The notes under the pieces are model-generated. The model was not told where the DNA came from. It did no database searches and worked only from the letters and a program-made list of their open reading frames with translations. A program made the translations under genes and the position numbers. From assembly GCA_043228905.1 (NCBI GenBank), contig JBHGNT010000001.1:18538001-18602000 (forward strand): a stretch of DNA of 64,000 nt, given 5' to 3'. Numbering within the stretch: the first letter of the stretch is position 1; each line of letters begins with the position of its first letter. Source of the stretch: Azolla caroliniana (Eukaryota > Plantae > Polypodiophyta). Below are positions 23,071 to 36,964 of this stretch, piece by piece.

Positions 23071-26000
23071 CCGTTTCTTCGATTGTTTGATTCTTCCATT
23101 CAGCTACGCCATTCTGCTTTGGCGTATATCTACACGAGAATTTGCATCGAATTCCCTCCTTCTGTAGGTAACTCGTGAACTGGTCGAAGAAGTACTCCTT
23201 CCCACCATCGGACCATAGGCACTTGATCTTTCGTTCAGTTTCCCTTTCCGTAAGGCTCTTCACCTTTAGGAACCACGTGAAGACTTCGTTCTTTTTCACG
23301 ATCAAGCATGCCCAGGTGTGCCGAGTGAAGTCATCGATGAAGGTTAATTAAGAAGTAACAACTACTACCGAAGCTAACGTTTTGTGTCGTTCCCCACACA
23401 TCCGAATGGATCACATCCAACGGATTTCGACTACGATTACGCTCATTTAAGAATGGAAGTCGGTGTTGCTTCCCTAGTTGGCAGGCTTCACAGACTTCAC
23501 CATTATGACCCGAAATTTTGGCAACCCGAAAACAATATTTTTCGTCTTCATTTCACGAAGGCGTGGGAAGTTAACGTGGCCGAACCACTCGTGCCATAGG
23601 TCGATATCCGATTTGACCTTCTGTCCTTTCGTGAACAATGCGGTCCCGACTTGATTGGTGTTGAGGATGAACATCCTCCCTTCATAGCGTCCCTGCGCGA
23701 TAACGTGGCCTTCCTCTTTGATGTAGCACCTAAGGTGCGTGAATCGAACTTGCATCCCCTAGTCGACGATCTGACCGACCAACACCAGGTTCTTAGTTAT
23801 TGTCGAAACGTGCAACACATTCATAAGTTTCCCTTTCTGCCCGACGTGGCTGAGAGGAACTTCTCGGACATGTTCGATGGTATGCGGAGTGTCATCTCCT
23901 GTTTCGGCCACTCCTTGTTTTTCCGGTTTCTCCAAGTACGAGAACCATTCCTCATGACTTGTCATATAATTTGACGCTACAAAATCAACATACCACACCT
24001 CCCTTAGTTTCGAGGTGTTCACAACCATCGAATTAGCCTTGTGCTTCATTACGAAGGTTGGGCCCGATCAACATCGACTGAAGCTCGAAGAACGAAGGCG
24101 TATTCTCCCTTGTGCAGACTGCCGTTCAGAATGCTCCGAACTTTGATGCTAACCCTCCAAGACAAACCTGCACCATTTCTTCCTCCTCGACTTTCACGTT
24201 CATGGAGGGGACAGAGTCACATATCTCCTTGATTCGGGCCATGTAATCGGCCATAGATAAATCTTTCTGTCGGACATTGTTGAGCTCTTGCCTGAGCTGG
24301 AGCTTCCTGGTCCTTGTGCTAGCGGCGAAAATTCCCTTGAGATTTGCCGACGCATCCTTTGGCATCTTGGCATCTTGAATGTAGCTCAAGAGCTAGTCGC
24401 TCTACTTGCCGCTTGTTCCCAAGCTGAAAAATCTTTGTTTGTTTATTCGGGCATTGTATCATTAGCTCCTTCGACATAACTCCAGTAACCATGACCAAGC
24501 AGGTACGGGTGCATCTTGTATGACCAAGACGCGTAGTTTCCCCTGTCAAGCTTCTCAGTTGGTAGCGAGCTTCCCATTCCTCTGTTCATATTGATGTCTT
24601 ATCCTTGGCTTTTCTGTCGGTTGCAGAGGAGTCTCAACCCTCGCACTCTGAAGAAATCACAAAGAAAGAGAGGGAGAGACAAAGAGCAAAATGAAACTAT
24701 ATTCAAAGTAATTCTCTGTACATATTTTGTGCTCAGTGAGCACCTTTTATACAAGCCTCGACTATTGGGCTGACAGTACTTGACCGCTCAAAAATGAGCC
24801 TTCTACACTAACTCCCAAAACTATTCCTTAAGAGGAATAACGTTCTAACGGCCTTTCGGTTTAAACACCGTCACGGCCATATTTTGCGTACAGTTTTACG
24901 CACCCACTCTACATATTGGGTTATGCACCCATTTACGCACCCAATGTTGAGCTTGTCTCTCAACACAAATCATGCATCGGCTAGGAAACACTTCTGGTGT
25001 GAAATTACAAATGCATTACCAAACGTGTCTCATTGGTCTGTTGCAAGGGATTTTAATATGCTTGAGGACCCGGAGGATAGGAAAGGTGGGAGTGTGGCAA
25101 CAATTCATGGGGAGGAACTAACAGTCTAGGAACGATGTGTTTGAAATTAAGTATTTTGGATGCATGGAATATGCCTAATGTTTATAGATCTCAGGATTCC
25201 TTGAACTTCTCATGTTCTGATAGGAGAATTGGTGGAACCAATCTTTCAAGATTGGATAGATTTTATGTGGGGGAGGCCTTTGTCTTAAATGGGGGAAATA
25301 TCACGATTATGACAGGCACAACTTTCTCTTATCATGCTCCTATTATATTGAGAACCTTTGGTCAATCGAAAAGGGAGTTCATACGATTTAGGATACCCGA
25401 AAAAGTAATGTTAGAAGATAGATGGTATAATCAAGTGATAGATATTTGGCGGAACAAAGATAATATGGATGTTCCCATTACAATCAAAGTGGATTGTGCT
25501 TTGACGAAGATATCACAATATTTTACGTTAAAATCAAGATCTGAATTTATGGAATATCAGGAGAAGGAAAGAAGGATGAGGGCAAGGTTGATATCTTTGC
25601 AAAGATTGCAATAGGATCGCCCAAAGTGTGCATGGGTAGTTTCGCATCTTGAAGAAGCCCGAAAATAGGTTCAACATATGGAAGAATGTCGTAGTCAATT
25701 TTGGTATCACAATTCTACTTCAAGATGGACACAAATTGGGGATAGTACAAGCTAATTTTTTAATATTAAAGGCCCTAAGAGAGTCTCTAATGTAACCTAT
25801 TGTCTACAGAATGAAAATGGTGAACTTGAAATGGGGCCAAATGTTGTGAGGGAAATTGCCACGAAATTCTATGCTACCCTTCTATCACAAGAGCCTATTT
25901 CTAAGTATACCAGACAAAATAGAATGAAGGTATGGGCGGAAATTCAACCCAAGGTTACTCAAGCAATGCAAGATTCATTGATGTCACCTATTACAGAATT

Positions 26001-26433
26001 GGAGTTGGAACAAGCGCTACACTCTTTATCGAATAATAGTTGTCCTGGAGTGGATGAACTTACACCTAAATTCTACAAGAAATATTGGGGGATACTGAAG
26101 AAAGACTTAAAAGATGCTTACCAACATATGTTTGAAAGTGGAGAGATGCCCATGTCGTTATTTGAGGGGCTTATTGATCTTATACCTAAAATAGAAGGGG
26201 ATTCAGAAGATATTCGTAAGTGGAGCCCAATCACCCTCTTGAATACTAGTTATAAAATATTTGCTAAGTTGGTTAGTTCTCTATTACAAGAGGTACTACC
26301 AAAGATAATTCATGTATCGCAAACTGGATTTAGAAGGGAAAGGAGTATTATGGATAATGTTTTTACGTTTTGGGAGGCCACTGCAATAGCGGTAAAAAAC
26401 AAACAAAACCTAGGTGTGTTACTTTTAGATTTT

Positions 26434-28202
26434 TCCATAAAAATATACTCCATTGGTATTAAAATTAACAATGCCAAAGGCAATGTACAAATTGTACATA
26501 ATAGTTTCCACTCCATAAGTATATATCGTAAAAAAAGGAACCAAATAATGATGGCATTTGTTATGGCCTCTAAAAACATCATGTTGCAGCCAACATTGGC
26601 TGAATGTGATTCCACATATACTAAAGCTCTTTAGTATACCCATATTCAACCTATAAACAAATTCCTGCGGTCCAAGTGAATACATATCTTGGTGGTAATC
26701 ATGGCTAGTAGTCTAAAAACTCCATGTTTGCATTTGGTTCCGCATGTACTAAAGTTGTTCACCATCACCTGGTTGTCCAATAGCTGTTCCCGTTCCTTGG
26801 CCTTTAATTTTCCCTTGTGAATGTCCTTTTGTACCACTTAGGTAATACAAAACTGCTCTCTCCAATCAAGCCATTGAGGTAATCTGCTACTTCTTGGCCG
26901 TAGTCTTCTTCAAGCTGACTTTCCAAGCTCATAAATCTGTCCAACCTCTTGTATCTTTGTCTGTCTTTTCCCATGCAAGATTGAACCTTCCTCGGCTGTT
27001 GCCGTTGAAAACACAACACCAAAACAGTCCCTGCAGCACCTGTCACTTTGAAGCAACCATGATAATCTTACCAACTCAGAACAGCCATACATTGATTAGA
27101 CCATAATCTCATCACAACCATTCTTCATTTAACCCACATCTGTCATGTCTCCGATTAACGTCATTGCCCAAAAAACCCCAAAAATCTGTGATAAGAATAA
27201 AATCCGTCGAACAATTCCTCACCCACTCGTGATGATTGGCTTCGACCCTCCCCACTATCTTCACTCATCCTCACCACAAATATTTCTTCCTTTAGTCGAC
27301 ATCAGCCATCTCACCGATTAACCTGGTTCCAATGTCCACGCATATCCTGTATAATCAACAAAAACTTAGGTTAAAACATGTCCTCATCCACTCCTGCACA
27401 TTGGCTTCGACCCTCCCCACCATCTTCACTCATCCTTAACACAATAATTCTTCATTCAGTCGACATCAGCCATCTCACCAAATACCACGGTGGCAATGTC
27501 CACGCATATCCTGTATTGATCAACACAAAATTAATGTAAACATTTCCTCACCCACTCGTTATAGTCGGCTTCACCCTCCCCACCATCTTCACTCATCCTT
27601 AACACAGAAATTCTTCATACAGTCGACATCAGCCATCTCACCAATTAACACGGTGGCAATGTCCACGCATATCCTGTATTGATCAACACAAAATTAGTGT
27701 AAACATTTTCTCACCCACTCGTTATAGTCGGCTTCACCCTCCCCACCATCTTCACTCAACCTTATCACTTTCACACAGAAAATTTCTTCGTTCGATCCAC
27801 ATCAACCGTCTAGCCAATTATCGTCATGACCAATGTCCACGAAAAAACCTATATCAATAACAAAACAGTTAATCTCAAAGTTTCCTCACTCATGATAGAC
27901 GGCTTCGACCCCCCCGCCATCTTCCCTCATCCTTATCACAAAACAAAAAATTCTTCATTCAGTCCACGTCAGCCCTCTTGCCGATTACCATCTTGCACTG
28001 TTGACGAAAAACCTGTATTAAAAACAAAAATTAGTGTAAAAATTCCCCACCCACTCACGATTGTCGACTATGACCCCGCCACCATACCCCATCCTTTTCT
28101 CTTACACATTCTTCCTTCTTTCCACATCAGCCCTCTCGTCGATTAGCTTGTTGCCAATGTCCGTGGAAAACCTGTATTTACAACACAAAAACATATGATA
28201 GG
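26434..28202. other. 1.77-kb insertion of unknown origin in the LINE RT, flanked by a 16-bp direct repeat
   Basis: GTTACTTTTAGATTTT at 26418-26433 and 28203-28218; LINE reading LLLDF|EKAYDRV is restored on removal. Confidence 0.8.
27070..28190. repeat. Diverged tandem array, 6-7 units of ~160-175 bp
   Basis: Recurring CCTGTA-type anchor at 27346, 27510, 27673, 27848, 28012, 28171; shared GGCTTCGACCCTCCCCACCATCTTCACTCATCC and GTCGACATCAGCC motifs. Confidence 0.85.
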
Positions 28203-28982
28203 GTTACTTTTAGATTTTGAGAAAGCATATGATAGGGTTGATTGGAATTTTTTGGAAGGTAGTATGCATCACTTGGGCTTCAACACGGCATGGATTAAGG
28301 GTGTCTCTTGTCTTTATAGAAATGACATAGTCAAGTGTTGTTGGCAGGTGAAGTAGGACCTTGGTTTAATATTACTCGGTCCATCTGCTAGGGATGTTTG
28401 CTCACACCATTTTTGTTCCTTTTGTTTGCGGAAGCAATGCATCTATTTATATCATCACAATCTATCAATGCGTGGTTTGGCGATGCCAATGCATGGACAA
28501 GATATATTGAACTCAGAATTTGCAGATGATACTGCATTATATGTGGATGGGACTCTAATGAATTTGCAAAAAGGGCTTTGTCATAGTTTTGTATAGCGTT
28601 TGGAGCTAAGTTAAATTCGGAGAAAAATGTTGCATTTTGGGTGAGCAAGGAACTGCCGCCTTGTTGGGCACCGCAACATACTTTCCAGTGGACTCAAAGA
28701 GGACTTGCGGTTCGATAGCTTGGAGTGCATGTTGGGATTGATTTGGTCCTAGAACTACATGTTGCACCATTATTATTAACTTTGAGGAAAAAGTTATTCT
28801 TGTGGAGCCACACTAAACTATCTTTGGTTGGGAGTGTGGTAGTTGCCAACCATGTGCTACTATCTACAATGTGGTATATAGCTTCATCTTGGATCTTTTC
28901 CAAATCGTGCATTGGACAAATTCAAAGGCTAGTTAGGAATTTTATATGGGTAGGGGAGGATAGGAGTCATGTAAGAGCGAAA

Positions 28983-31900
28983 TGACGGGAACTCAACGCT
29001 CCTTATGCACAACACTCAGCCACAACCGAGCTTAGAATCATACACAGAAAACAGGAAACCGAAAACACGCGACACAAAAGGAGAGAAGAGGTACACAGGA
29101 TGTTTACGTGGAAAACCCCAAACTAGGGGAAAAACCACGGCAGCCCACAGGCTGCAAACTATCACTAGGTTAGTATGTACAACAGTGAGTTCACGGAGGC
29201 AACTACCTCGTGCTCACAATCTTCGCCACAGGCGGCGGTTACAACAGAGGCAACGACCTCTTTCTCTCTCTCTGTACACTGTTGCGCGCTCTGATCTCAC
29301 GCAGACAAGAAATAATAACAACAACCAACTAAAAGTTTGCCCTAAGTCATATTTATACTAATATGACTTTTCGGCTATTTACAAATATAGCCTCGATGGA
29401 CTCTCAGAAACATATTTACGAATATGTCTCTTCATCCGGTTCATACCGGGTCTGCACCATCCGGCTCTCCGTAGCCGGGTACTCCTCATCCGGTTCATAC
29501 CGGGTCTGCACCATCCGGCTCTCCGTAGCCGGGTACTCCTCATCCGGTTCATACCGGGTCTACACCATCCGGCTCTCCGTAGCCGGATACTCCTCATCCG
29601 GTTTCGACCTCGGCCTATCGGCCTCAGCCAAGATTGTTCATGAGCACTGTTCTTCTCCCTTCCCATCCGGAGGGACCTGTCTCCCAACAAACTCCCCCTT
29701 CACTCCGGCATGGGGTGTCTTACCAGTCTGATCCTCTTCCGGCATGCGTCCAGCTTGTCGGGTGTCAGCACTTTGGTCAGCATATCTGACCCGTTCTCGA
29801 CCGTGTGGATCTTCGTCAGTGTGAACTCCTGGTCATCTACTCTTTCCCGGATCCAGTGATACCTTCGTTGGATATGCTTCGTCCGGGAATGGTAGGCCGC
29901 ATTCTTAGCAAGGTGGATGGCACTTTGACTGTCGCAATAGAGTCGGTATTCATCTTGCTGGATACCGAGCTCTCCGATGAAGTCCTTCATCCATAATATT
30001 TCCTTGTCGGCTTCCACAGCTGCCATGTACTCCGCCTCTGTGGTTGACAATGCAACCGTCTTCTGCAGCCTCGACTGCCATGAAAGAGCTCCCCCTGCAT
30101 ATGTCATTACATACCCGGATGTAGACCGGCTGGTATCCACATCAGCCGACATGTCCGAATTGGTGAAACCGTCCAGTTGAGGTTTTCCGGAGCCGAATCG
30201 AAGACACATATTTGAAGTGCCCTTCAAATACCACAGTATCCATTTGACCGTGTTCCAGTGCTCCTTGCCGGGATTGCTCATACACCGGCTCACCACTCCG
30301 ACTGCGTATCCTATATCCGGTCGGGTACACACCATTGCGTACATCAAGCTCCCGACGGCAGAGGCATATGGAATCTTCATCATATCCGCCTTCTTTGCTT
30401 TCGTCTTCGGGCTTTGCTTACCGGATAGCTTGTAGTTTGCCGGAAGTGTCGATCCGACCGGTTTCGCTTCTGACATGTTGAACCGGTGAAACACCTTTGT
30501 CACGTACTTCTCCTGTGATAGCCATAATTGCTTCTTTGACCGGTCCCGAATGATGTGCATCCCCAGCATCTGTCTTGCCAAACCCAAGTCTTTCATTGAG
30601 AAGGTCCGGTTGAGAGCCTTCTTCAGCATCTGTATGTTGACTTGGTCACGTCCGACGATCAACATGTCATCCACGTACAGAAGGAGTATCAGGAAGTCGC
30701 CTCCTTCGAACTTCTTCACAAACACGCAGTGATCAACCTGCGTCTTGTGGTACCCTTGATCAGTCATGAAGGAATCGAACTTCCGGTACCATTGTCGGGG
30801 AGCCTGCTTTAGTCCGTACAGGCTCTTCTTAAGCCGGCATACCAGGTGCTCCTTCCCTTTCTCCACGAATCCTTCCGGCTGCTACATGTAGATCTCTTCT
30901 TCAAGGTCACCGTGAAGGAATGTCGTCTTCACGTCTAGCTGCTCTACCTCGAGGTCCATGCTTGCCGCTATACTCAGCACCGTCCGGATGGAGGCCATCT
31001 TTACTACCGGGGCAAATATCTCGTCGAAGTCCACGCCCTTCTTCTGCTGGAACCCCTTCACCACGATCCTGGCTTTGTATCTCGGGGGGTTGCCGGCATC
31101 TCCCGGTTTCAACTTGTACACCCACTTGTTTCGGAGTGCCCGCTTTCCTTTCGGCAACTCCACCAATTCGTACATATGGTTCTCATGCAGGTAATCCATC
31201 TCATCCTGCATGGCACTCAACCATTTTCGGTTGTGGGTGTCTTCCTTCGCTTCTTCGAAGCTTTCCGGCTCCCCCTCATCGGTCAGCAGAACAGGCTCTA
31301 CATCCGGAAATCTCTGGGGGGGGCCTTCTCTCTCTGAGAGGATATCTCCGTCTCTGGGCTTCGGTGACCGGCTCATCCATCTGCTCTTCATCCGAATCTG
31401 ATTCGGGGTCTTGGCCGGTTCCGGTTTCAGCTTCCTCTACTTCTTCTTCAGCCTGTTCGGTTTCCTCACCGTAACCGGCTAGTCCCTCGAGTGCTAACCG
31501 GTCTCTTGCCGGTTGGGTCTGCTCATCGTAGAGTCGATCCTTACCGGTCGACTCGGAGTTCATTATCTTCTTCTCCGACTCCCAGTCGGCGAGCGTCTTG
31601 TCCTCCATGAAGATAATATCTCGACTCTGGAATACCTTCTTGTCGACCAGGTCCCACACTCGGTAGCCAAACTCATCGTCACCGTAACCGAGGAATATGT
31701 ATGGCCGGGTCTTTGGATCTAACTTTCCTCTCCGGTCCTTAGCTACATGCACGTACGCGAGACACCCGAAGACCTTCAGATGCCGGTAGGATACTTCCTT
31801 ACCGGTCCACACTCTCTGTGGCATGTCTCCGTCCAAGGGTACTGAGGGTGATCTATTTATCACATATGTCGCCGTCGACAGTGCCTCAGCCCAAAACTTC

Positions 31901-34487
31901 TTGGGTAGTTTTGCATGCGCTAGCATACTCCGGACCCTCTCCATTATGGTCTGGTTCATCCTCTCGGCCAGTCCGTTTAGTTCCGGCGTCTTCGGCACGG
32001 TAAATTCGAGCCGGATTCCCTTCGAGCGGTAGTACTCCTCGAACTGCCCCCAGTATTCTCCTCCGTTATCTGCTCGAACTGCCTTTAGCTTCCGGCCGGT
32101 TTCTCTTTCCACTCTCGCGTGGAGCTCTTTGAAGACGGATAGCACCTGATCCTTCGTCTTCAACGGTGTGGCCCACAGCTTCCGGCTGTGGTCATCTATG
32201 AACGTCACAAAGTACTGCGCTCCGGTATGTGACTTCGTGTCTACTTGACACACATCCGTATGCACCAACTCCAGTGGTGCATTACGTCTCATCGGTGGCC
32301 TTGGTCGGAAGGAGGTCCGGTTCGGCTTACCGGCCAGACAATCAATGCACTTCTCTAAGTGCACGTTCTTCACTGGAATGAGGTTGTCGTCTGCAAGCCT
32401 CTTCATTCCCTTCTCGCTCATATGACACAGCCTCTTGTGCCACAGCTCACCGACAGTGTCGGAAGCCAAGTTCACTTCTTCCGGGCATAACCGGGCATTC
32501 ATCAGGTACAGTGTGTTGACCTTCCGGGCCCGAGCCACAATCAGGCTCCCTTTGCTGAACTTCATGACACCGTTCCGGATGCTACCCGTGTAGCCTTCAT
32601 CATCTAGCCGACCGGCTGATATCAGGTTCAGACGAACCTCCAGAACATGTCGGACATCCTTCAGCAGCAACTTGCATCCGGTTGGTGTCGACAGCCACAC
32701 ATCTCCTATGCCGACAATTCGGCACATACCTTCATTCCCCATCCGGACACAGCCCTGATCACCAGCTGAGTAGGATGAGAAGCATTTCCGGTCCGGGGTA
32801 AGGTGGAACGACGCTCCAGAGTCTACCACCTAGGTCATCTTGTCGCCGGCAAGGTTTATCTCACTCTCCTCGGTGATGAGCATCAACTCCTCTTCACTTG
32901 CTGCGATTGCCATCGTTCCCTTCCGGTCCGGTCCCCTACGGTCTTTACCGTTCCGGTCCGGTGTCCGCTTCGAATCGGTACCGTCGGTCTCCTTATCTTT
33001 TCGGAAATGCCGACAGTTCTTTTGGAAGTGTCCCGGCTTGCCGCAATAGAAGCAAGTGGGCCTCCCCCTTGACTTTGACCGTGTCCCCGACTTCTCCCGG
33101 TTCTGGGGACTACGGTTTCTATGTCTTCCGCGTTCCGATTCGGTAAGGAGCGCTTTGGAGTCGGAGCTTGTATCCTTATCTTTCCGACGTGCCTCCTCCC
33201 TCATCTAGCAGGCTCGACTTCACTCTTGCTAGGGATAACCGTTTCCCTTCTAGCCCGGCATTGCCCAAGGTGACAACCAACGTCTCCCAGCTATCCGGGA
33301 GGGAACCGAGCAGGAGTAGCGCTAGTACCTCATCGGTGAGAGGTAATTCTAATGAAGTTGCCTGGTGTATAAGCCCCTGGAAGGCATTCATGTGCTCCGC
33401 CATGCTGGAGCCATCTTGGTACCGTAGTCTTACTAGCTTCCGGAACACCGAAACCTGGTTAACAGCATTTTTGTTTTGAAACATTATGTCGATCTTCTCC
33501 CAGAGCTCATGAGCCTTGCTCTCTTCATTGAAGTTGTTGTACAGGCTCATGTCGATGAAGCACCATATGTACGCCGTTGTCTTCATGTGCATCACCTCCC
33601 ATATCGCGGCGTCGATTTTGTCCGGTCTCTTGTCCCCGAACTGAACCGGCAGCCAGAGGTCTTTAACCACGAGCATGTCCCTCATCTTCAACTTCCACAC
33701 TGAATAGTTGGAGCCGGTGAGCTTGAACATGCCGCCAAACGATTCGTCCATTTTCTGTGTCGTTTCGCTCTGATACCACTTGACGGGAACTCAACACTCC
33801 TTATGCACAACACTCGGCCACAACCGAGCTTAGAATCATACATAGAAAACAGGAAACTGAAAACATGCGACACAAAAGGAGAGAAGAGGTACACAAGATG
33901 TTTACGTGGAAAACCCCAAACTAGGGGAAAAACCACGGCAGCCCACAGGCTGCAAACTATCACTAGGTTAGTATGTACAGCAGTGAGTTCACGGAGGCAA
34001 CTACCTCGTGCTCACAATCTTCGCCACAGGCGGCGGTTACAACAGAGGCAACGACCTCTTTCTCTCTCTCTGTACACTATTGCGCGCTCTGATCTCACGC
34101 AGACAAGAAATAATAACAACAACCAACTAAAAGTTTGCCCTAAGTCATATTTATACTAATATGACTTTTCGGCTATTTACAAATATAGCCTCGATGGACT
34201 CTCAGAAACATATTTACGAATATGTCTCTTCATCCGGTTCATACCGGGTCTGCACCATCCGGCTCTCCGTAGCCGGGTACTCCTCATCCGGTTCATACCG
34301 GGTCTGCACCATCCGGCTCTCCGTAGCCGGGTACTCCTCATCCGGTTCATACCGGGTCTGCACCATCCGGCTCTCCGTAGCCAGGTACTCCTCATCCGGT
34401 TTCGACCTCGGCCTATCGGCCTCGGCCGAGATTGTTCATGAGCACTGTTCTTCTCCCTTCCCATCCGGAGGGACCTGTCTCCCAACA
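28983..34487 (-). mobile_element. Full-length Ty1/Copia (Tnt1/Tork-like) with 707-bp LTRs (33781-34487, 28983-29689); TSD CGAAA/CGAAG
   Basis: PBS TGGTATCAGAGC (33778-33767, tRNA-iMet); PPT at about 29692-29704; each LTR has three 54-bp tandem repeats; about a dozen LTR-LTR differences, transitions by my reading. Confidence 0.95.
29700..33751 (-). pseudogene. Copia gag-pol with a few frameshifts and a stop
   Basis: Gag NYSVWK, CFYCGKPGHFQKNC, VDSGAS, LWHKRLCH, HTDV...DNGGE, QLDVK, YVDD, LSTTEAEY across ORFs 33176-33751, 32830-33204, 31276-32829, 30882-31391, 29700-30866. Confidence 0.92.
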
Positions 34488-34909
34488 CGAAGGTGGCATG
34501 GAGTACACTAATAACCCTGAAGCAATACGGTGGTCTTGGGATTATAGATCCATTATACCAATAGACCAATGCATGGCCTTGTTAGCAAACCTATAGTTCG
34601 TGGCCTTTTACCTATAGTTCGGTGACATGCCCCTTGGAAGCAATTGCTTATGCAAAGATTGTATTGTTGTGCTCGGCCGATGGGTGGATTGTGGAGTGAT
34701 AGCATAAGGTGGATCTTTGTACCAGAATAGAAACATGTTATGACTAGGAATTGGGAAGAAAAAAAATTTAATAGTCTTCTAAGAGCATGGGAGCATGTAC
34801 ATAAAGAGTTGGGACATGGTGTACCAACATGTGAGGAGGAAAACTTGAGACAAAATTTACTGTGGAATCCAAATATGTGTTTGCCCTCAGGGCACATGCT
34901 GGGGTCCCA

Positions 34910-35735
34910 TACACAAATGCATATATACATACAAAACACACAAAAAAATTATATATTATATATATATACATAGACATACATATTAATACCTAAGATTACA
35001 TATTATATGTATACAAATCTTCATTCTTACAAACAAGTTACATATACTACATATATATACATGCGCACACACACATAAATAAATTACTTATTACATAGCA
35101 TATAGTCCATACCTATTACACATTATACAAATTTACACACACATACATAAAGTACACATATACATATATAGTTGCATACATGGATATATTACATATGTAC
35201 ATAAATATTCCATATATCACCATATATATAGATTATACGGGACCATACAAACCACAATACTTACATATATACATACGCCACACACACACATTAGATATAT
35301 GTATACTTACACATACATTGGATATATACATGCATATTACGTACATATTACAAACATACATCCATATACAAGCCATATACATACTAAACATGAAAATATC
35401 CCAAAAATATACATGCATAAATACATTACATATATACACATACATACATTCATACATTTGCATACATATCACTGCATACACACACACATATACATGCACA
35501 TACATACATTAGATATATACATACATATTATGCACATATTACAAACACATTCATACTCATTGAATCATGTATATTGACATATACATATATACATACACAT
35601 ACATACATTACATATGTACATACATATTCCACATATCACAATATATATACGTTCATATGCCTACAATGTTATATGCTTTACAAACATACATCCATACACA
35701 TATATACATACATTAGATACATGCATAAATACAAT
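34910..35735. repeat. TA/CA-rich low-complexity field replacing part of LINE ORF2
   Basis: Degenerate (TACA)n/(TA)n/(CA)n with the recurrent motif CATTGAATCATGT. Confidence 0.85.
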
Positions 35736-36484
35736 CAGTTGGGCCGATTGCATGCATCTATTGTAGTTGTCAGATGGAGACATTAAAACATTGCTTGTGG
35801 GAATGTCATGTTACACAACAAGTTTGAAGACGAGTGTTTCGAGTTCTAGCCTTTATGTTTAGGGATTGCAGTTTTTCATGGGGTATGGTAGTATGGGCTA
35901 TAGTGACACAAATGATGTGGCCATATGAGGCATGTCCAAATGACACGATTATTTGAATTCAAAGAGGAATGATAATGGTGGTGCAACGAAGTCATATGGA
36001 AGGTCTGTACATGTTAAAGGCAATGCAAGAAGTATGGGAGCTATTATGCACCATCACAATGTGGTTTATTTGGATTGCTAGGTGTTCTAAGGTGTCTGGT
36101 AATACTAATGTGCAGCTAGTGGAAAGTGTACGGAATGTTTGGATGGAGATGGTGCATACCTTCAAAGGGCGGTATGAGGATATTAAAGGTGAGACAAATG
36201 TTGCAGTGTTGCAACGCCTTGAATGTATTGCCTATTGGAAGAAGGCCTCGTTTCTCACATTACAAAATTCAAGACCCAAATGGTGCTTAGCACCACAAGT
36301 ATGGTTGTTCCCACCACCAATCACATAACTTGGTTAAGGAGTGGTGGATTGTTCATACTATTTATCCTTGAGGGATGGGACCTAAGGAAGAATGCAACAT
36401 ATCAATGGTAGCTTGATGGTAGGTTAGCTTTATTGTAATAATTGTTCATAACTAATGAAAGGATATTTTCTAGGAAAAAAAAAA

Positions 36485-36933
36485 TACATATATTACATAT
36501 GTACAAACATATCATCATAAACTACAATACGTACATATATGCATACACGTACATAAATATTATGAACTCACATCCACACACTCATGTATGCATATATGCA
36601 TACACGTTTTCACATACATTACATATTACATATATACACATATGTACATTCATACATGTGCATACATACATTGCATATGCATATATTACAATCACACATT
36701 CATATACATTGAATCATGTACATTGACATATGCATATATGCATACACATGCATACATTACATATGCATACACATATGTACATTCGTACATGGACATATGT
36801 ATAGGCTATATTCATGTATACATTGCTACATATACATACATTATACATAAATATTATGCACATACTACAATCACACATCCATACACATTGAATCATGTAA
36901 ATTGACATATATGGATATATGCATACACATCAT

Positions 36934-36964
<31 letters not shown>

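Larger units (their letters stand above)
12535..24965 (-). mobile_element. Ty1/Copia (degenerate): 3' LTR 12535-12968, 5' LTR about 24650-24965, TSD CAAAT; integrase interrupted by the Gypsy at 15676-23070
   Basis: CAAAT at 12530-12534 and 24966-24970; PPT 12969-12980; gag, PR (WYVDF.ASNYMT), IN, RT (QMDVK, YVDD), RH (YTD.DWAG, CDN); a deletion removed the PBS 5' half and U5 end near 24650. Confidence 0.92.
7750..36484 (+). mobile_element. L1-type LINE fragmented by nested insertions; ORF2 pieces at 8222-8530, 12526-12534, 24966-26433, 28203-28982, 34488-34910, 35736-36328; poly(A) 36475-36484
   Basis: APE endonuclease MRLLAWNVQGL...QEHHL...LNIYA|PNHASAR...DFN...SRLDRFYV...HAPI; RT ITLLNTSYKIFAK, QTGF, LLLDF|EKAYDRV, FADD; C-terminal C..C...ETLKHCLWEC; ends WLFPPPIT, then 3' UTR and an A-run. 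Confidence 0.9.

Noticed and set aside
27070-28190. CRISPR-like array
   Set aside because: Whole units are homologous with no unique spacers; eukaryotic context and no cas genes.
29363-29731. Repeat-protein ORFs in LTRs (also 34161-34569, 15668-15984, 42403-42744)
   Set aside because: They arise from stop-free LTR tandem repeats, with no independent coding evidence.
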